Shown: positions 9,840-19,176 of the stretch, one piece after another
How positions within the stretch are numbered: position 1 is the stretch's first letter
Layout: each line of letters opens with the position of its first letter
Assembly (NCBI GenBank): GCA_035380125.1
Contig: DAOSWV010000004.1
Coordinates: 43,562-107,561 of the forward strand
DNA from: Oscillospiraceae bacterium
GTDB lineage: Bacteria; Bacillota; Clostridia; Oscillospirales; JAKOTC01
DNA: 64,000 nt
Direction: 5' to 3'
Position numbers and translations under genes: made by a program
The notes under the pieces: model-generated
Databases searched by the model: none
What the model was told of the DNA's origin: nothing
The model's input: the letters and a program-made list of their open reading frames with translations, nothing else

Positions 9840-11102
9840 TTAATGCTTTTTCCCGAGGAATTCGACCACATAATAGGTTCCTGCAATATACATTCCTAAA
9901 ATTGAGAGGTTGCTTAAGACTTTACCGCTGTATTCGAAGAATTCGCCATCGTCGGTGGAAGGAGTCTGCTCCTGCGAGGATGCGGATTGTTCGGTGCCGG
10001 AAGATTCCCAGACCTGAGTATCGCTTGAAGTCTGCGAAACACCGGTTTCCGCAGATTCGGAAGGTGTTGTCGCTGATGATGCAGCAGTGCTTGCTGCGGC
10101 GGAAGAAACGACAGATTCTGTTGAGGCGGAACTTGTCACGACAGAACCGGGCGAGGAAGAACTTGTTACGGTTGAACTGGCCGGGGAAGAGCTTGCTGCG
10201 GCGGAAGAAACGACAGATTCTGTCGAGGCAGAACTGGTTGCGGCAGAACTTGCTGAAGCGCTTGAAGCGGAAGAAGCTGTAGCGGTGAATTCCGAGTATA
10301 TGGTATTCGCTTGGGTCACGAGAGAACGCCCCGTTGAACAGCCGGGGGATAGCAGAGAGCAGTGCCTGCTGCAGCCGTTACAAAACAATCTGCCTAAAAA
10401 TTCGTTCAAGGTTTCACCGACGTTCGGGGTTTCGGTTATCGTGTTGCTTGTGGAGGGTCTTGTGCCGATGTTGATGATTTTGACACTGCTTTCCTCCTCG
10501 TTGCCGTATTCGGAGTAGGCGAGTTGTGAGGTCGTGTAATCGACGGTCGCGTCGTCAGCTGCGGTGTATGCCGGTAAGCTGTAAGTGACGGTTGATTTAA
10601 TGCCGTAGAGGATCACAGCCAGAGAAATCACGGCGCCGACTGTTCTGCGGAGACGTGTGGGCTTTTGGATGTGGAATGCGGAGCGGAAAAAGCCGAGAAT
10701 CATCTTCCAGTGCAGTCCGACATGGACACCCAGAACCGCCAGCGTGAGATAGGCCGACCAGGCGTGGATGGTGTACCACAGCTCGTTATTGTCTGCTCTG
10801 ATCTGCCAGAATAGTTCTTTTGAAATTGCAACGCCGGAGACAGCCGTGAGGACGTACCCGATGAGCATCAGAATGTCACAAACCCAGCGCACGGTATTGA
10901 CGTTCGGCTTGGTTTTAAAGATATTTTTACTGACGTTTATAATCCATTTCCAATTGAGAAACAAGTGGAAAAACAACGGAATCAACATACCGATACCGAG
11001 GATTTCGTGCCAGACCGAACCGGTCAGATCGTATGTCATCAGGACGATCCAGATGATTATCATAAAAATGTCTATACTTATTTTAAGAGCGGTTTTCTTC
11101 AT
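9840..11102 (-). CDS. DUF4405-like (cytochrome-b-type) polytopic membrane protein with a Cys cluster, a Ser/Ala/Thr-rich low-complexity region and a C-terminal TM helix
   Basis: The start is taken at MKKTALK (ATG 11102), preceded by GAGGTG. TM helices carry conserved His (WHEILG...FFHLFLNWKW; HAWSAY...GVHVGLHWKM). The Cys cluster reads CNGCSRHCSLLSPGC. Confidence 0.6.
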   Translation of the reverse strand: MKKTALKISIDIFMIIIWIVLMTYDLTGSVWHEILGIGMLIPLFFHLFLNWKWIINVSKNIFKTKPNVNTVRWVCDILMLIGYVLTAVSGVAISKELFWQIRADNNELWYTIHAWSAYLTLAVLGVHVGLHWKMILGFFRSAFHIQKPTRLRRTVGAVISLAVILYGIKSTVTYSLPAYTAADDATVDYTTSQLAYSEYGNEEESSVKIINIGTRPSTSNTITETPNVGETLNEFLGRLFCNGCSRHCSLLSPGCSTGRSLVTQANTIYSEFTATASSASSASASSAATSSASTESVVSSAAASSSPASSTVTSSSSPGSVVTSSASTESVVSSAAASTAASSATTPSESAETGVSQTSSDTQVWESSGTEQSASSQEQTPSTDDGEFFEYSGKVLSNLSILGMYIAGTYYVVEFLGKKH

Positions 11103-11280
11103 AGGAATCACCTCGGTATACAGTATAAAAGACAATAATGTCAGAAATATGTTCGAAAAATAAAAATTTTTTATGGAAACGCCAAATACTTTTTGGTTTT
11201 CTCCGGAACAGAAAATATCATGTTTTCGATTGCAAACGCCTTGTTCAACTGTTATAATGACAAGCAACGGAGGTGAAAAA

Positions 11281-11874
11281 ATGGCGTCTACGATGATGCA
11301 TCTTTTGGTTGGCGATGGGATTGCAAAAACCGACGGGCGGATCAAAGGAACGGGACAGTATTATTTTGGCTGCTTTCTGCCCGATAGTGTCAATGCCGAC
11401 GGATTTGCACCCAAAGAAGTGCGCTGGGCGGCACATTTACGCGCCAAAAACCCCCGTGACTGGTATGAAAACGTCGGCAGATTCTACGGTGAAAACCGGA
11501 AGAGATACGATAGCGACTTACTATTGGGATATTGTGTACACTGTATCACCGACGCCGCATTCGATGAATTTTTACATCATGGTGTCTGGGAAAGGTCCAA
11601 AGCGGCGGGTCTGACGGGCTGGGACGAGTGCTTTCGTTACGACCGCACGGTGATGAACGGGATATGGTGGCGGGAAACGATCAGGCCGCTGTTGGAAGAA
11701 ACCACACCGGAGGGTGTCGGGACCGTTTCATCCGAATTGGCCATACAGACGCTCGGATACGTCCTGCATGATTATTATAACACATTGCCGCCCGAACCCC
11801 CGACATTTGTCACAACCGAAATCATAAATGAATTGACCATAAAAACACTGGAGAAAACGGAGGAGTATTTATGA
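11281..11874 (+). CDS. hypothetical protein; first gene of the M55 peptidase operon
   Basis: The start is taken at MASTMMHLL (ATG 11281), preceded by GGAGGTG. Its stop overlaps the next start (ATGA at 11871). The family was not recognised. Confidence 0.5.
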   Translation: MASTMMHLLVGDGIAKTDGRIKGTGQYYFGCFLPDSVNADGFAPKEVRWAAHLRAKNPRDWYENVGRFYGENRKRYDSDLLLGYCVHCITDAAFDEFLHHGVWERSKAAGLTGWDECFRYDRTVMNGIWWRETIRPLLEETTPEGVGTVSSELAIQTLGYVLHDYYNTLPPEPPTFVTTEIINELTIKTLEKTEEYL

Positions 11875-12662
11875 CGGTTTTAATCATCACTGATCTCGAA
11901 GGTGCCAGCGGCGTCGACCGTATGGATCAGGTCAGTGAAATCGGGTCGGAGGGGAACCTTTATGCCATGAAGCGGCTGACGGCGGATACGAACGCGGCGA
12001 TTGCCGGGTGTTTCGACGGCGGCGCCGACAAGGTCTGGGTTCTGGACGGACACGGCCCGGGCGGGCTTCACTTTGCGGATCTTGACAAACGGGCTCTTGT
12101 GCCGGAGGATCGTTATAAATGGGATGAAATCGTGATTGCCGGCGGTGTGGATTTATTCATGGAGGTCGGCGCACACGCCATGGCCGGGACGCTGAACGGA
12201 TTTTTGGATCACACGCAGAACTCGCGCCAGTGGTATAACTATTATGTCAACGGCCGCAAGATGGGTGAGACCGGACAGCTCGTACTTTTCTGCGGCGCTT
12301 ATGACGTCCCGTTTGTGATGCTGGCCGGTGATGAGGCCGCCTGTGTTGAGGCGAAAGCGCTGCTGGGGAACATCGAGACAGCCGTTGTCAAATACGGTAT
12401 CGGACGCAATCAGGCCAAACTGGAACCGCTCGAAGTGGCCGAACAGCGGATTTACGACGCGGCGAAAACGGCCATGAAGCGCGCTTCGGCGGGCGAATTT
12501 AAACCGTATAAACCGATTCTGCCGCTGGAAGTGAAATTAGAGTTATATCGCTCGGATTTTTGTGACGACAAGGCCAAACAGGATAACATCGAACGCCTTG
12601 ATGCCCGTACGCTCAGGAAAGTCGTGACAAAGATCGTTCACCATAAGGACCTGCTGATATGA
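11871..12662 (+). CDS. peptidase M55 (DppA-type D-aminopeptidase) family, paralog 1
   Basis: 263 aa with ITDLEGASGV, DGHG, VGAHAMAGT..GFLDHT and LAGDEAACVEAK, which are typical of M55. Confidence 0.8.
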   Translation: MTVLIITDLEGASGVDRMDQVSEIGSEGNLYAMKRLTADTNAAIAGCFDGGADKVWVLDGHGPGGLHFADLDKRALVPEDRYKWDEIVIAGGVDLFMEVGAHAMAGTLNGFLDHTQNSRQWYNYYVNGRKMGETGQLVLFCGAYDVPFVMLAGDEAACVEAKALLGNIETAVVKYGIGRNQAKLEPLEVAEQRIYDAAKTAMKRASAGEFKPYKPILPLEVKLELYRSDFCDDKAKQDNIERLDARTLRKVVTKIVHHKDLLI

Positions 12663-13450
12663 ACGTTTTTATTGTTACGGATCTTGAGGGCGCCAGCGGC
12701 GTTGGCCGCGCGGAACAGGTAACCGAGGAAGGAACTCCGGATCATCTTTATTCCAAAAGGCGGCTGACTGCCGATTTGAATGCGGCGATTGCAGGCTGTT
12801 TTGACGGCGGTGCGGATAAAATCTGGGTTTCAGACGGACATGGCAGCGGCGGCCTTGTTTGGGATGAAGTTGACAAACGCGCAAATCTCCCCATTGAACG
12901 CAGTAAGAGACATGAATCGGTTTATAATGGCGAAATCGATCTCTTCATGCTGGTCGGCGCGCATGCGATGGCCGGGACCCTAAACGGTTTCTTGGATCAC
13001 ACCCAGAACGCCTATCAGTGGTATAACTATTATGTCAACGGCCGCAAGATAGGTGAGATCGGGCAAATAGCATTGTTCGCCGGCGCATATGACATTCCGT
13101 TTTGTATGGCGGCCGGGGATGAAGCCGCCTGTGTTGAGGCGAAAGCGTTGCTGGGGAACATCGAGACAGCCGTTGTCAAATACGGTATTGGGCGCAATCA
13201 AGCGAAACTTGAGCCGCTTGAACTGGCTGAACAGCGCATTCACGACGCGGCGGAAGCGGCGATGAAACGGGCTTCGGCGGGTGAATTCAAACCGTACAAA
13301 CCCGTCATGCCGCTGGAAATCATATTAGAACTCTACCGCTCTGATTTTTGTGACAAAAAGGCCAAAAAGGATCATGTGGAACGGTTTGATGCCCGTACGC
13401 TCAGAAAAGTTTTGACGAAGATCGAATGTTTCGCGGATCTGATGTTATAA
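12659..13450 (+). CDS. peptidase M55 (DppA-type D-aminopeptidase) family, paralog 2
   Basis: 263 aa, same length and colinear with paralog 1. The start overlaps the upstream stop (ATGA). Confidence 0.8.
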   Translation: MNVFIVTDLEGASGVGRAEQVTEEGTPDHLYSKRRLTADLNAAIAGCFDGGADKIWVSDGHGSGGLVWDEVDKRANLPIERSKRHESVYNGEIDLFMLVGAHAMAGTLNGFLDHTQNAYQWYNYYVNGRKIGEIGQIALFAGAYDIPFCMAAGDEAACVEAKALLGNIETAVVKYGIGRNQAKLEPLELAEQRIHDAAEAAMKRASAGEFKPYKPVMPLEIILELYRSDFCDKKAKKDHVERFDARTLRKVLTKIECFADLML

Positions 13451-13467
13451 GAATTGACTGTTAAAGA

Positions 13468-13498
13468 CCCTCGTGCGCCATGCTGTACGAGGGCTTTT
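13468..13498 (+). terminator. intrinsic terminator after the M55 operon
   Basis: Stem CCCTCGT/ACGAGGG followed by CTTTTATT. Confidence 0.6.
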
Positions 13499-13513
13499 AT
13501 TGCTGAATTCATT

Positions 13514-14071
13514 TTAGTCAAGTATCTCATCAATTCTTGTTCGCAGAGCGGATTCACTGATCATACCGCGCTGTATAAACACGATGTTGCCATCTGCATC
13601 GATGAAATAGCTGGCCGGAATGCCGGTGATATTATAGGCCATTGCGCCTTCGTAAGTCGTGTCATAATAGACGGGAAAGACATATCCGTTTTCGGAGAGG
13701 AAGGATTTGACGTTTTCCTCCTCGCTCGGATCGTCCAGATTGACCATAAAGAATTCTACCTGATCGCCCAATTCCTGATAGACCTTGTTAAAATCGGGCA
13801 GTTCGCTTTGGCAGGGTCCGCACCAACTGGCCCAAAAATTCAACACGATGGGTTTTCCGAATTTGGAGGACAGGGCCACTTCATTTCCCGATGCGTCAAA
13901 AACCGTGAAATCGGTTGCGAGGTCTGCGGAGTTTGAACTTGCGGAGGAAGTTTGAGAAGTCGCCTGATTTTCGTTATAATTCTCCGTGAGTTTCGGGTAG
14001 GCGTAAATGGCGCCGACCAGAACAACGGCGATTACCGCGATCCAGAGAATCGTTTTGGCGGATTGTTTCAT
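13514..14071 (-). CDS. membrane-anchored thiol-disulfide oxidoreductase (TlpA/ResA/StoA-like)
   Basis: N-terminal TM helix, thioredoxin fold with WASWCGPC, and an AAGGAG RBS. Confidence 0.8.
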   Translation of the reverse strand: MKQSAKTILWIAVIAVVLVGAIYAYPKLTENYNENQATSQTSSASSNSADLATDFTVFDASGNEVALSSKFGKPIVLNFWASWCGPCQSELPDFNKVYQELGDQVEFFMVNLDDPSEEENVKSFLSENGYVFPVYYDTTYEGAMAYNITGIPASYFIDADGNIVFIQRGMISESALRTRIDEILD

Positions 14072-14086
14072 AAATACTCCTTTAGC

Positions 14087-14770
14087 TTATGTATTGAGTA
14101 CAGTCATCATCCGGCTCATGACACCCGTCATCATTAAAATGCCCACGATGATCAACAACGAACCGCAGATGATATTGACGATCTGATAGTGTTTTTTAAT
14201 AAAACCGAAAACGCCTTTTAATCGGTCGATCAGCACCGCACTGAGCAAAAACGGGACGCCGAGGCCCAGAGAATAGACCAACAACAGGGTTATGCCCGAA
14301 AAGACGGTATCACTGTTCGCCGCAAGCCCGAGTGCAGAGCCCAGAAAAGCACCGACACAAGGTGTCCAGCCGACTGCAAAAATCAAGCCGAACAATAGAG
14401 CGGGGAAAAACCCAAGCGGTTTCACGGCGGTATCGAACTTTTTGCTGCCGTTGAGAAATCCGATTTTGAATATTCCGATAAAGTTCAGCCCGAATACAAT
14501 GACGATTGCGCCGGTGATAATATTAACAGCGGTTTTATGCTGAATTAACAAACCGCCGATGGCTGAGGCCAACGCGCCGAGTGCGACGAATACCGCAGTG
14601 AACCCGAGAACGAAGCCGAGTGCGTTGACAAAGACCTTGCTCTTTTTGCCTTCGGCGTTGTCACCGGTACTTCCGCCTGCGAAATAGAGGATATAAATCG
14701 GTATCATCGGCAGTATGCACGGCGAGATGAAGGTGATGATACCCTCAAGGAAAGAAATCAGATATTGCAA
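14087..14770 (-). CDS. ccdA: cytochrome c biogenesis protein CcdA / DsbD-family thiol-disulfide transporter (TTG start)
   Basis: 227 aa and polytopic. It carries FISPCILPMIP and WTPCVG, the two conserved Cys/Pro motifs of CcdA. Confidence 0.8.
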   Translation of the reverse strand: MQYLISFLEGIITFISPCILPMIPIYILYFAGGSTGDNAEGKKSKVFVNALGFVLGFTAVFVALGALASAIGGLLIQHKTAVNIITGAIVIVFGLNFIGIFKIGFLNGSKKFDTAVKPLGFFPALLFGLIFAVGWTPCVGAFLGSALGLAANSDTVFSGITLLLVYSLGLGVPFLLSAVLIDRLKGVFGFIKKHYQIVNIICGSLLIIVGILMMTGVMSRMMTVLNT

Positions 14771-14874
14771 GCTTGTATTATCCTTTCACAGAGGTTTTGC
14801 AGAGCCAACCGTGTTCGTTAAATGCGGAAGGGAAAAACTTCCTGCGATTATGTATGACGAAAAAATCGTCACGA

Positions 14875-14911
14875 CGAAAAAGCCGTCACGCCGGTGGCGG
14901 TGTGACGGCTT
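14875..14911 (-). terminator. intrinsic terminator downstream of trxA
   Basis: Stem AAGCCGTCAC/GTGACGGCTT, followed by TTTTTCG on the minus strand. Confidence 0.6.
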
Positions 14912-14938
14912 TACGCCACGACATTGATTTTGTATCGC

Positions 14939-15247
14939 TCAGGCAAGTAAGGCCAGAATATCCGCTTTGGGTCTTGCACCGATTGAAGAAGCGGCAAGCT
15001 TTCCGTTTTTAAAGACCAGCAGGGTGGGGATGCTCATCACGCGGTATTGCATCGCGAGCTCGCCCTGTTCATCCACATTGACTTTGCCGACCTTGATATC
15101 GGCACGTTCATTGGCAATCTCGTCCACAATCGGGGAGACCATGCGGCACGGACCGCACCAAGGGGCCCAGAAATCGACGAGAACGGGGACCTTGCTGTTG
15201 ATGACCTCTTCGGTGAAATTATCTTTGGTTAATGTTACGACTGACAT
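14939..15247 (-). CDS. trxA: thioredoxin
   Basis: 102 aa with [13 protein letters not shown] and the typical length. Confidence 0.9.
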   Translation of the reverse strand: MSVVTLTKDNFTEEVINSKVPVLVDFWAPWCGPCRMVSPIVDEIANERADIKVGKVNVDEQGELAMQYRVMSIPTLLVFKNGKLAASSIGARPKADILALLA

Positions 15248-15364
15248 GTTTTACGACTCCTTTCAGGAATGTGGCTTCATTATAGCATCAAAGATTTATG
15301 AAAAATGTGACCTCGTCACATAACGCTCTTAAAGTGATCGGCCATCGAAATGTCGTTTGGCTTT

Positions 15365-16522
15365 TTATTTTTTCAAACCGCCGAACGAAAACCCGGACAG
15401 AATATTGGTATCGAAAGAGAAATTCAGATTTTTGCGCTCGCGGTCGCGTTTAAACGCCAGTGCAATTATTTTGTCCAAAAGATCGCAATAATGCATTCCG
15501 GCCGCTTCCCAAAGATAAAAAGACAGCGAACCCGGGATGGTGTTGAGCTCGTTGACATAGACTTCGCCTGTTTTGGAATCGGTCAGAAAGTCGATGCGGG
15601 CAACACCGCTGCATCCGAGCGCCTGAAAGGCCTCAACAGCGTATTTTTGAATCAATCCGGTCTGTTCTTCGCCAATATCGGCGGGCAGTTTGCGGCTCAG
15701 CCCGCTCATCCCTTTTTGCCCGCTCATGTATTTGTCGCCATAAGATAAAATCGCATCGTTGCCGACCGGCTCTTCGCAGGGGCTTGCAACGGCTTCATAG
15801 ACGTCACCCAACACCGAACAGTTGATTTCGCGCAGGTTTTCGACCGCGTTTTCAATCATGACCCGGCTGCACAGGAGGAAACAGTCGTCAATGGCTCCGG
15901 ATAAATTATCACGGGTTTTGACCTTGTAAACGCCGACGCTCGAACCGAGATTAACCGGCTTGACGATAATCGGATAACGGTGATTTTTCTCAATCAAATC
16001 GAGAAGTTTATCGCGTTCAGCGGCCCAGCGGTCGGCGTAGAAATCGGTCGCCGCCAGTACCGGGATGCCCTTTGCGGAGAGAATGTCTTTGGTCGTCAGT
16101 TTATCCATGCTGTTTGCGGCAGAGAGCACGTCGCATCCGCAGTAGGGCAGGTCGAGCAGATTTAAAAATCCCGCGAGCGTTCCGTCCTCGACGTTGGTGC
16201 CGTGCACGATCGGGAACGCGACGTCGATATGGATGCAAAACGGCTTTTTCAAACCCTTCTTTTCGCCTTCCAGATAGACGGTGCCGCCCTTGCGTATAAA
16301 AGCCACCCGTTCCGATTTTTGCAGCAGGGCGGGGATATCCTTGAAACTGTCGATGTCACACATCGCGGGCGAGGTGTAAAACTCACCGGTTTTGGTGATA
16401 TAGAGCGGGATGATCTCGTATTTTTCGGTATCCATGGCTTTGATGGCCTGAACGGCGGTGATGATCGAGATCTCGTGTTCGACGCTCTTTCCGCCCATGA
16501 TGACGCAGAGATTGATTTTCAT
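15365..16522 (-). CDS. ddl: D-alanine--D-alanine ligase (ATP-grasp)
   Basis: 385 aa with MGGKSVEHEISIITA, GSSVGV, ARIDFL and VNELNTIPGS. Confidence 0.9.
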   Translation of the reverse strand: MKINLCVIMGGKSVEHEISIITAVQAIKAMDTEKYEIIPLYITKTGEFYTSPAMCDIDSFKDIPALLQKSERVAFIRKGGTVYLEGEKKGLKKPFCIHIDVAFPIVHGTNVEDGTLAGFLNLLDLPYCGCDVLSAANSMDKLTTKDILSAKGIPVLAATDFYADRWAAERDKLLDLIEKNHRYPIIVKPVNLGSSVGVYKVKTRDNLSGAIDDCFLLCSRVMIENAVENLREINCSVLGDVYEAVASPCEEPVGNDAILSYGDKYMSGQKGMSGLSRKLPADIGEEQTGLIQKYAVEAFQALGCSGVARIDFLTDSKTGEVYVNELNTIPGSLSFYLWEAAGMHYCDLLDKIIALAFKRDRERKNLNFSFDTNILSGFSFGGLKK

Positions 16523-16537
16523 TGACAGTTCCTCCGA

Positions 16538-18118
16538 TTAATAATTGTCGGGCAGGTCGTTTTCCAACAGCACGACCGCGTTTTGGGAAGCAAAGGTGTT
16601 AAAAATCTGTGCCGCGTTTTTGAAAGTGTCGACACGGATAATTTTATCTTCGGCAAGTTCGGCGGCGACTGCGCCGTCATAAATCGGGTCAGCCCGTTTT
16701 CCGCCGACTAAAATCAATAAATCGCAGACCTTTGCTGCGTTTTCGCCGAGTCGGTAATTTTCAGCATCTTCTTTCGTACCCAATTCCACCATGCCGGGCG
16801 TGACCACAATTTTCATGCTGTCAAACCAAGACAACGCTTCCAGCGCAGCAGCTGCCCCCGTGGGATTAGAATTGTAAGCGTCGTCGATAATCGTCAGGCC
16901 GAACGGGTTCTTATGCATTTCGAGCCGGTGGGGAACGGGTTCAAGCTTGGAAATGGCACCGGCCGTTCTCTTCGGGTCAATGCCGAATTCGGAACAGACG
17001 GCGACTGCGGCCAGAATGTTGATGACGTTGTGGCGGCCTAAAAGTTTGGTACGCGCCTCGAAGGTGCCGTCGGGATAATGAATGGTGAATTTGATTCCGT
17101 TTTGGTCGGCCTGTATACCGTCGGCCCGGAAATCAAGCCCTTCCGCTTCCAACCCGTATTTAACGGTTTTGGCTTTGGAACCGTGCGCAGAAATATAGGG
17201 ATTGTCATAGTTCAAAAACATTGTCCCGCCGACTTTTTCGACGGCGTCGGCAAGCTCGAATTTAGTGGCGATGATGTTTTCGAGCGAACCCATGGTCTTG
17301 AGGTGCTGTTCGCCGATGGCGGAGATCACGCCGAATACCGGGTTGGTCAGGCGGCAGAGTTCTGCGATATCACCCACACAGGCCGCACCCATCTCCGCCA
17401 CAAAGACCTCAGTCGTGGCTTTGAGGTCATTATTGACGACTTTGGCGACGCCCATGGGGGTATTATAGCTCTCGGGCGTGATGAGCGTGTTAAAGTGTTC
17501 GGATAACAAACGCCCGAGGATGTACTTAGTGCTGGTTTTGCCGTAGCTGCCGGTAATTCCGACCGTGACGGCATTGCTTTGAGCCAGCTTTTGCTGTGCC
17601 ATTTTAAAATATTTGTTATAAATCATCTTGTCGATCGGGGTGTTTAACGCAAGTGACAGTAACATTAAAAGCGGTCCGACCGCGCATACCGAACCGGCCA
17701 GCACGATTGCACCGCGGTGCGGAATTAAAAAATATCCGCTGATCATTGCCGCGAGCGGGAAGAATAAAGCCGTGCCGAAAATCCGTTTGGCACGCGCGGT
17801 AAAAACCAGCGCTTTTTTGGCTCTGGGCGCTTTGAAAAGCAGCCAGAAAATTCCGAATACGATCGCCAGCAGACAAGCCGCAAGTGCAAACGCGATATCT
17901 TGATCCGAGCCAAGTTCAATCAATATGGTAACGATATCTGCCGATACAAGCAAAACCAGGTTCGGGATCAACTTCTTAAAATTATGCAGTACCCAGTCGA
18001 GATAACGCTCGGAGCGGTAGGACGAGAGCTGAAGCATATGCAGATGGAATTTGACGTTGAAAACACAGTAAAAGCCCATTAAAAGACAGGCGGCCAAATA
18101 GACGAGTTTCGCAATCAC
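16538..18118 (-). CDS. murF: Mur ligase, MurF-like (UDP-MurNAc-tripeptide--D-Ala-D-Ala ligase type central and C-terminal domains) with an N-terminal ~160-aa polytopic membrane domain; GTG start
   Basis: P-loop GITGSYGKTSTK at aa 188-199. Mur ligase blocks VAEMGA, DAYNSNP and VVTPGMVELG are present. Residues 1-160 form about 5 hydrophobic helices. The gene lies 15 nt upstream of ddl. Confidence 0.75.
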   Translation of the reverse strand: MIAKLVYLAACLLMGFYCVFNVKFHLHMLQLSSYRSERYLDWVLHNFKKLIPNLVLLVSADIVTILIELGSDQDIAFALAACLLAIVFGIFWLLFKAPRAKKALVFTARAKRIFGTALFFPLAAMISGYFLIPHRGAIVLAGSVCAVGPLLMLLSLALNTPIDKMIYNKYFKMAQQKLAQSNAVTVGITGSYGKTSTKYILGRLLSEHFNTLITPESYNTPMGVAKVVNNDLKATTEVFVAEMGAACVGDIAELCRLTNPVFGVISAIGEQHLKTMGSLENIIATKFELADAVEKVGGTMFLNYDNPYISAHGSKAKTVKYGLEAEGLDFRADGIQADQNGIKFTIHYPDGTFEARTKLLGRHNVINILAAVAVCSEFGIDPKRTAGAISKLEPVPHRLEMHKNPFGLTIIDDAYNSNPTGAAAALEALSWFDSMKIVVTPGMVELGTKEDAENYRLGENAAKVCDLLILVGGKRADPIYDGAVAAELAEDKIIRVDTFKNAAQIFNTFASQNAVVLLENDLPDNY

Positions 18119-18144
18119 ACTCGGTGTCCCCTCTCACTTGTTGT

Positions 18145-18900
18145 TTAATTCAATATAAAATAACGCAGTGCAGCCGTGAATTCGGGTAATTTACGTAAAA
18201 AGGCGTAGTGATCGCAGTCCTTATAGACGATCAGTCCGGCGTCCGGAATCAATTTCTTCATTTTTTCGGCGTCGGAGAGCGGCGTCGCGGTGTCCTTGTC
18301 GCCCCAGAACAGCAGAGTGGGGACGGAGATGTTTTTCAACCGGTCGGACACGTCCTGCGCCAGCACCGCCGACATGGTTTTTTTCATCATCAGCGAGGCC
18401 TTTTTATAATCTTCAGAGCCGTACTTGGACGGGTCGAAAATTTTTGAAAACGGTTTGCCGATCACCGGAGCATTCAAAAGTTTTTTTCCCGTTTTGAAAA
18501 AGAATCGTTTGATATAAAATCCGGGTTTGTGTTTGGCGGGAATGCCGGTGCTGCTGACAAGTATCAGTTTTGAAATGTTTTGGTATCCCCGTCCGGCCAG
18601 TGCCAATGCGGTTTTTCCACCGTTTGAGTGACCGACCAGAATCGGCTTTTCGAGGCCGAGTGCTGCGATAAAATGTTCGGTGAAATCGGCGAAATCATCG
18701 GTGTTAAAGGGTTTTTTCGGCTCTTCGCTCTCACCGAACCCCGGCAGGTCAACCGTGATCACGCGGCAGCAGTCGGAGATGCGGTCTGCGACCGGTTTGA
18801 AGGTGCTGCGGTCGACGCCCCAGCCGTGCAGAAACAAAACGGGCCTGCCTTCGCCGGTGCTGTCATATCCGATTTCAAGACCGTCGACCGAAGTTTTCAT
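18145..18900 (-). CDS. alpha/beta-fold hydrolase
   Basis: 251 aa with an HGWG oxyanion motif, a nucleophile elbow GHSNGG, and a C-terminal D...H. Confidence 0.75.
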   Translation of the reverse strand: MKTSVDGLEIGYDSTGEGRPVLFLHGWGVDRSTFKPVADRISDCCRVITVDLPGFGESEEPKKPFNTDDFADFTEHFIAALGLEKPILVGHSNGGKTALALAGRGYQNISKLILVSSTGIPAKHKPGFYIKRFFFKTGKKLLNAPVIGKPFSKIFDPSKYGSEDYKKASLMMKKTMSAVLAQDVSDRLKNISVPTLLFWGDKDTATPLSDAEKMKKLIPDAGLIVYKDCDHYAFLRKLPEFTAALRYFILN

Positions 18901-19176
18901 AAATCTCCTCTCAGACCCATGATGTGTTTAGTATATTATACCATGCGTCCGCATGGCAGTCAACGACAGACAGGCCGGACATTTGGGAAAAAATTCGACG
19001 GAAATCCCGTAAAACGCCCGATCAGCCCTTGTCATTTTTCGGGCGATCTGTTATAATGAGTTCATCATACTGGGGGAGGATGGTTTTGTTGGTTCCCTTT
19101 GGAAACGGTATGAGCGCAGAATTTTGCGGGCGGATCAAATCGGTTCGTTTGTAAGCGAATGGAGGAAAACCCTTTT

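Noticed and set aside
9840-11345. Long form of the DUF4405-like ORF (501 aa, start at 11345)
   Set aside because: The first 81 codons have no RBS and would overlap the divergent promoter region and the start of the gene at 11281. The ATG at 11102 has a GAGGTG RBS and begins a typical N-terminus MKKTALK.
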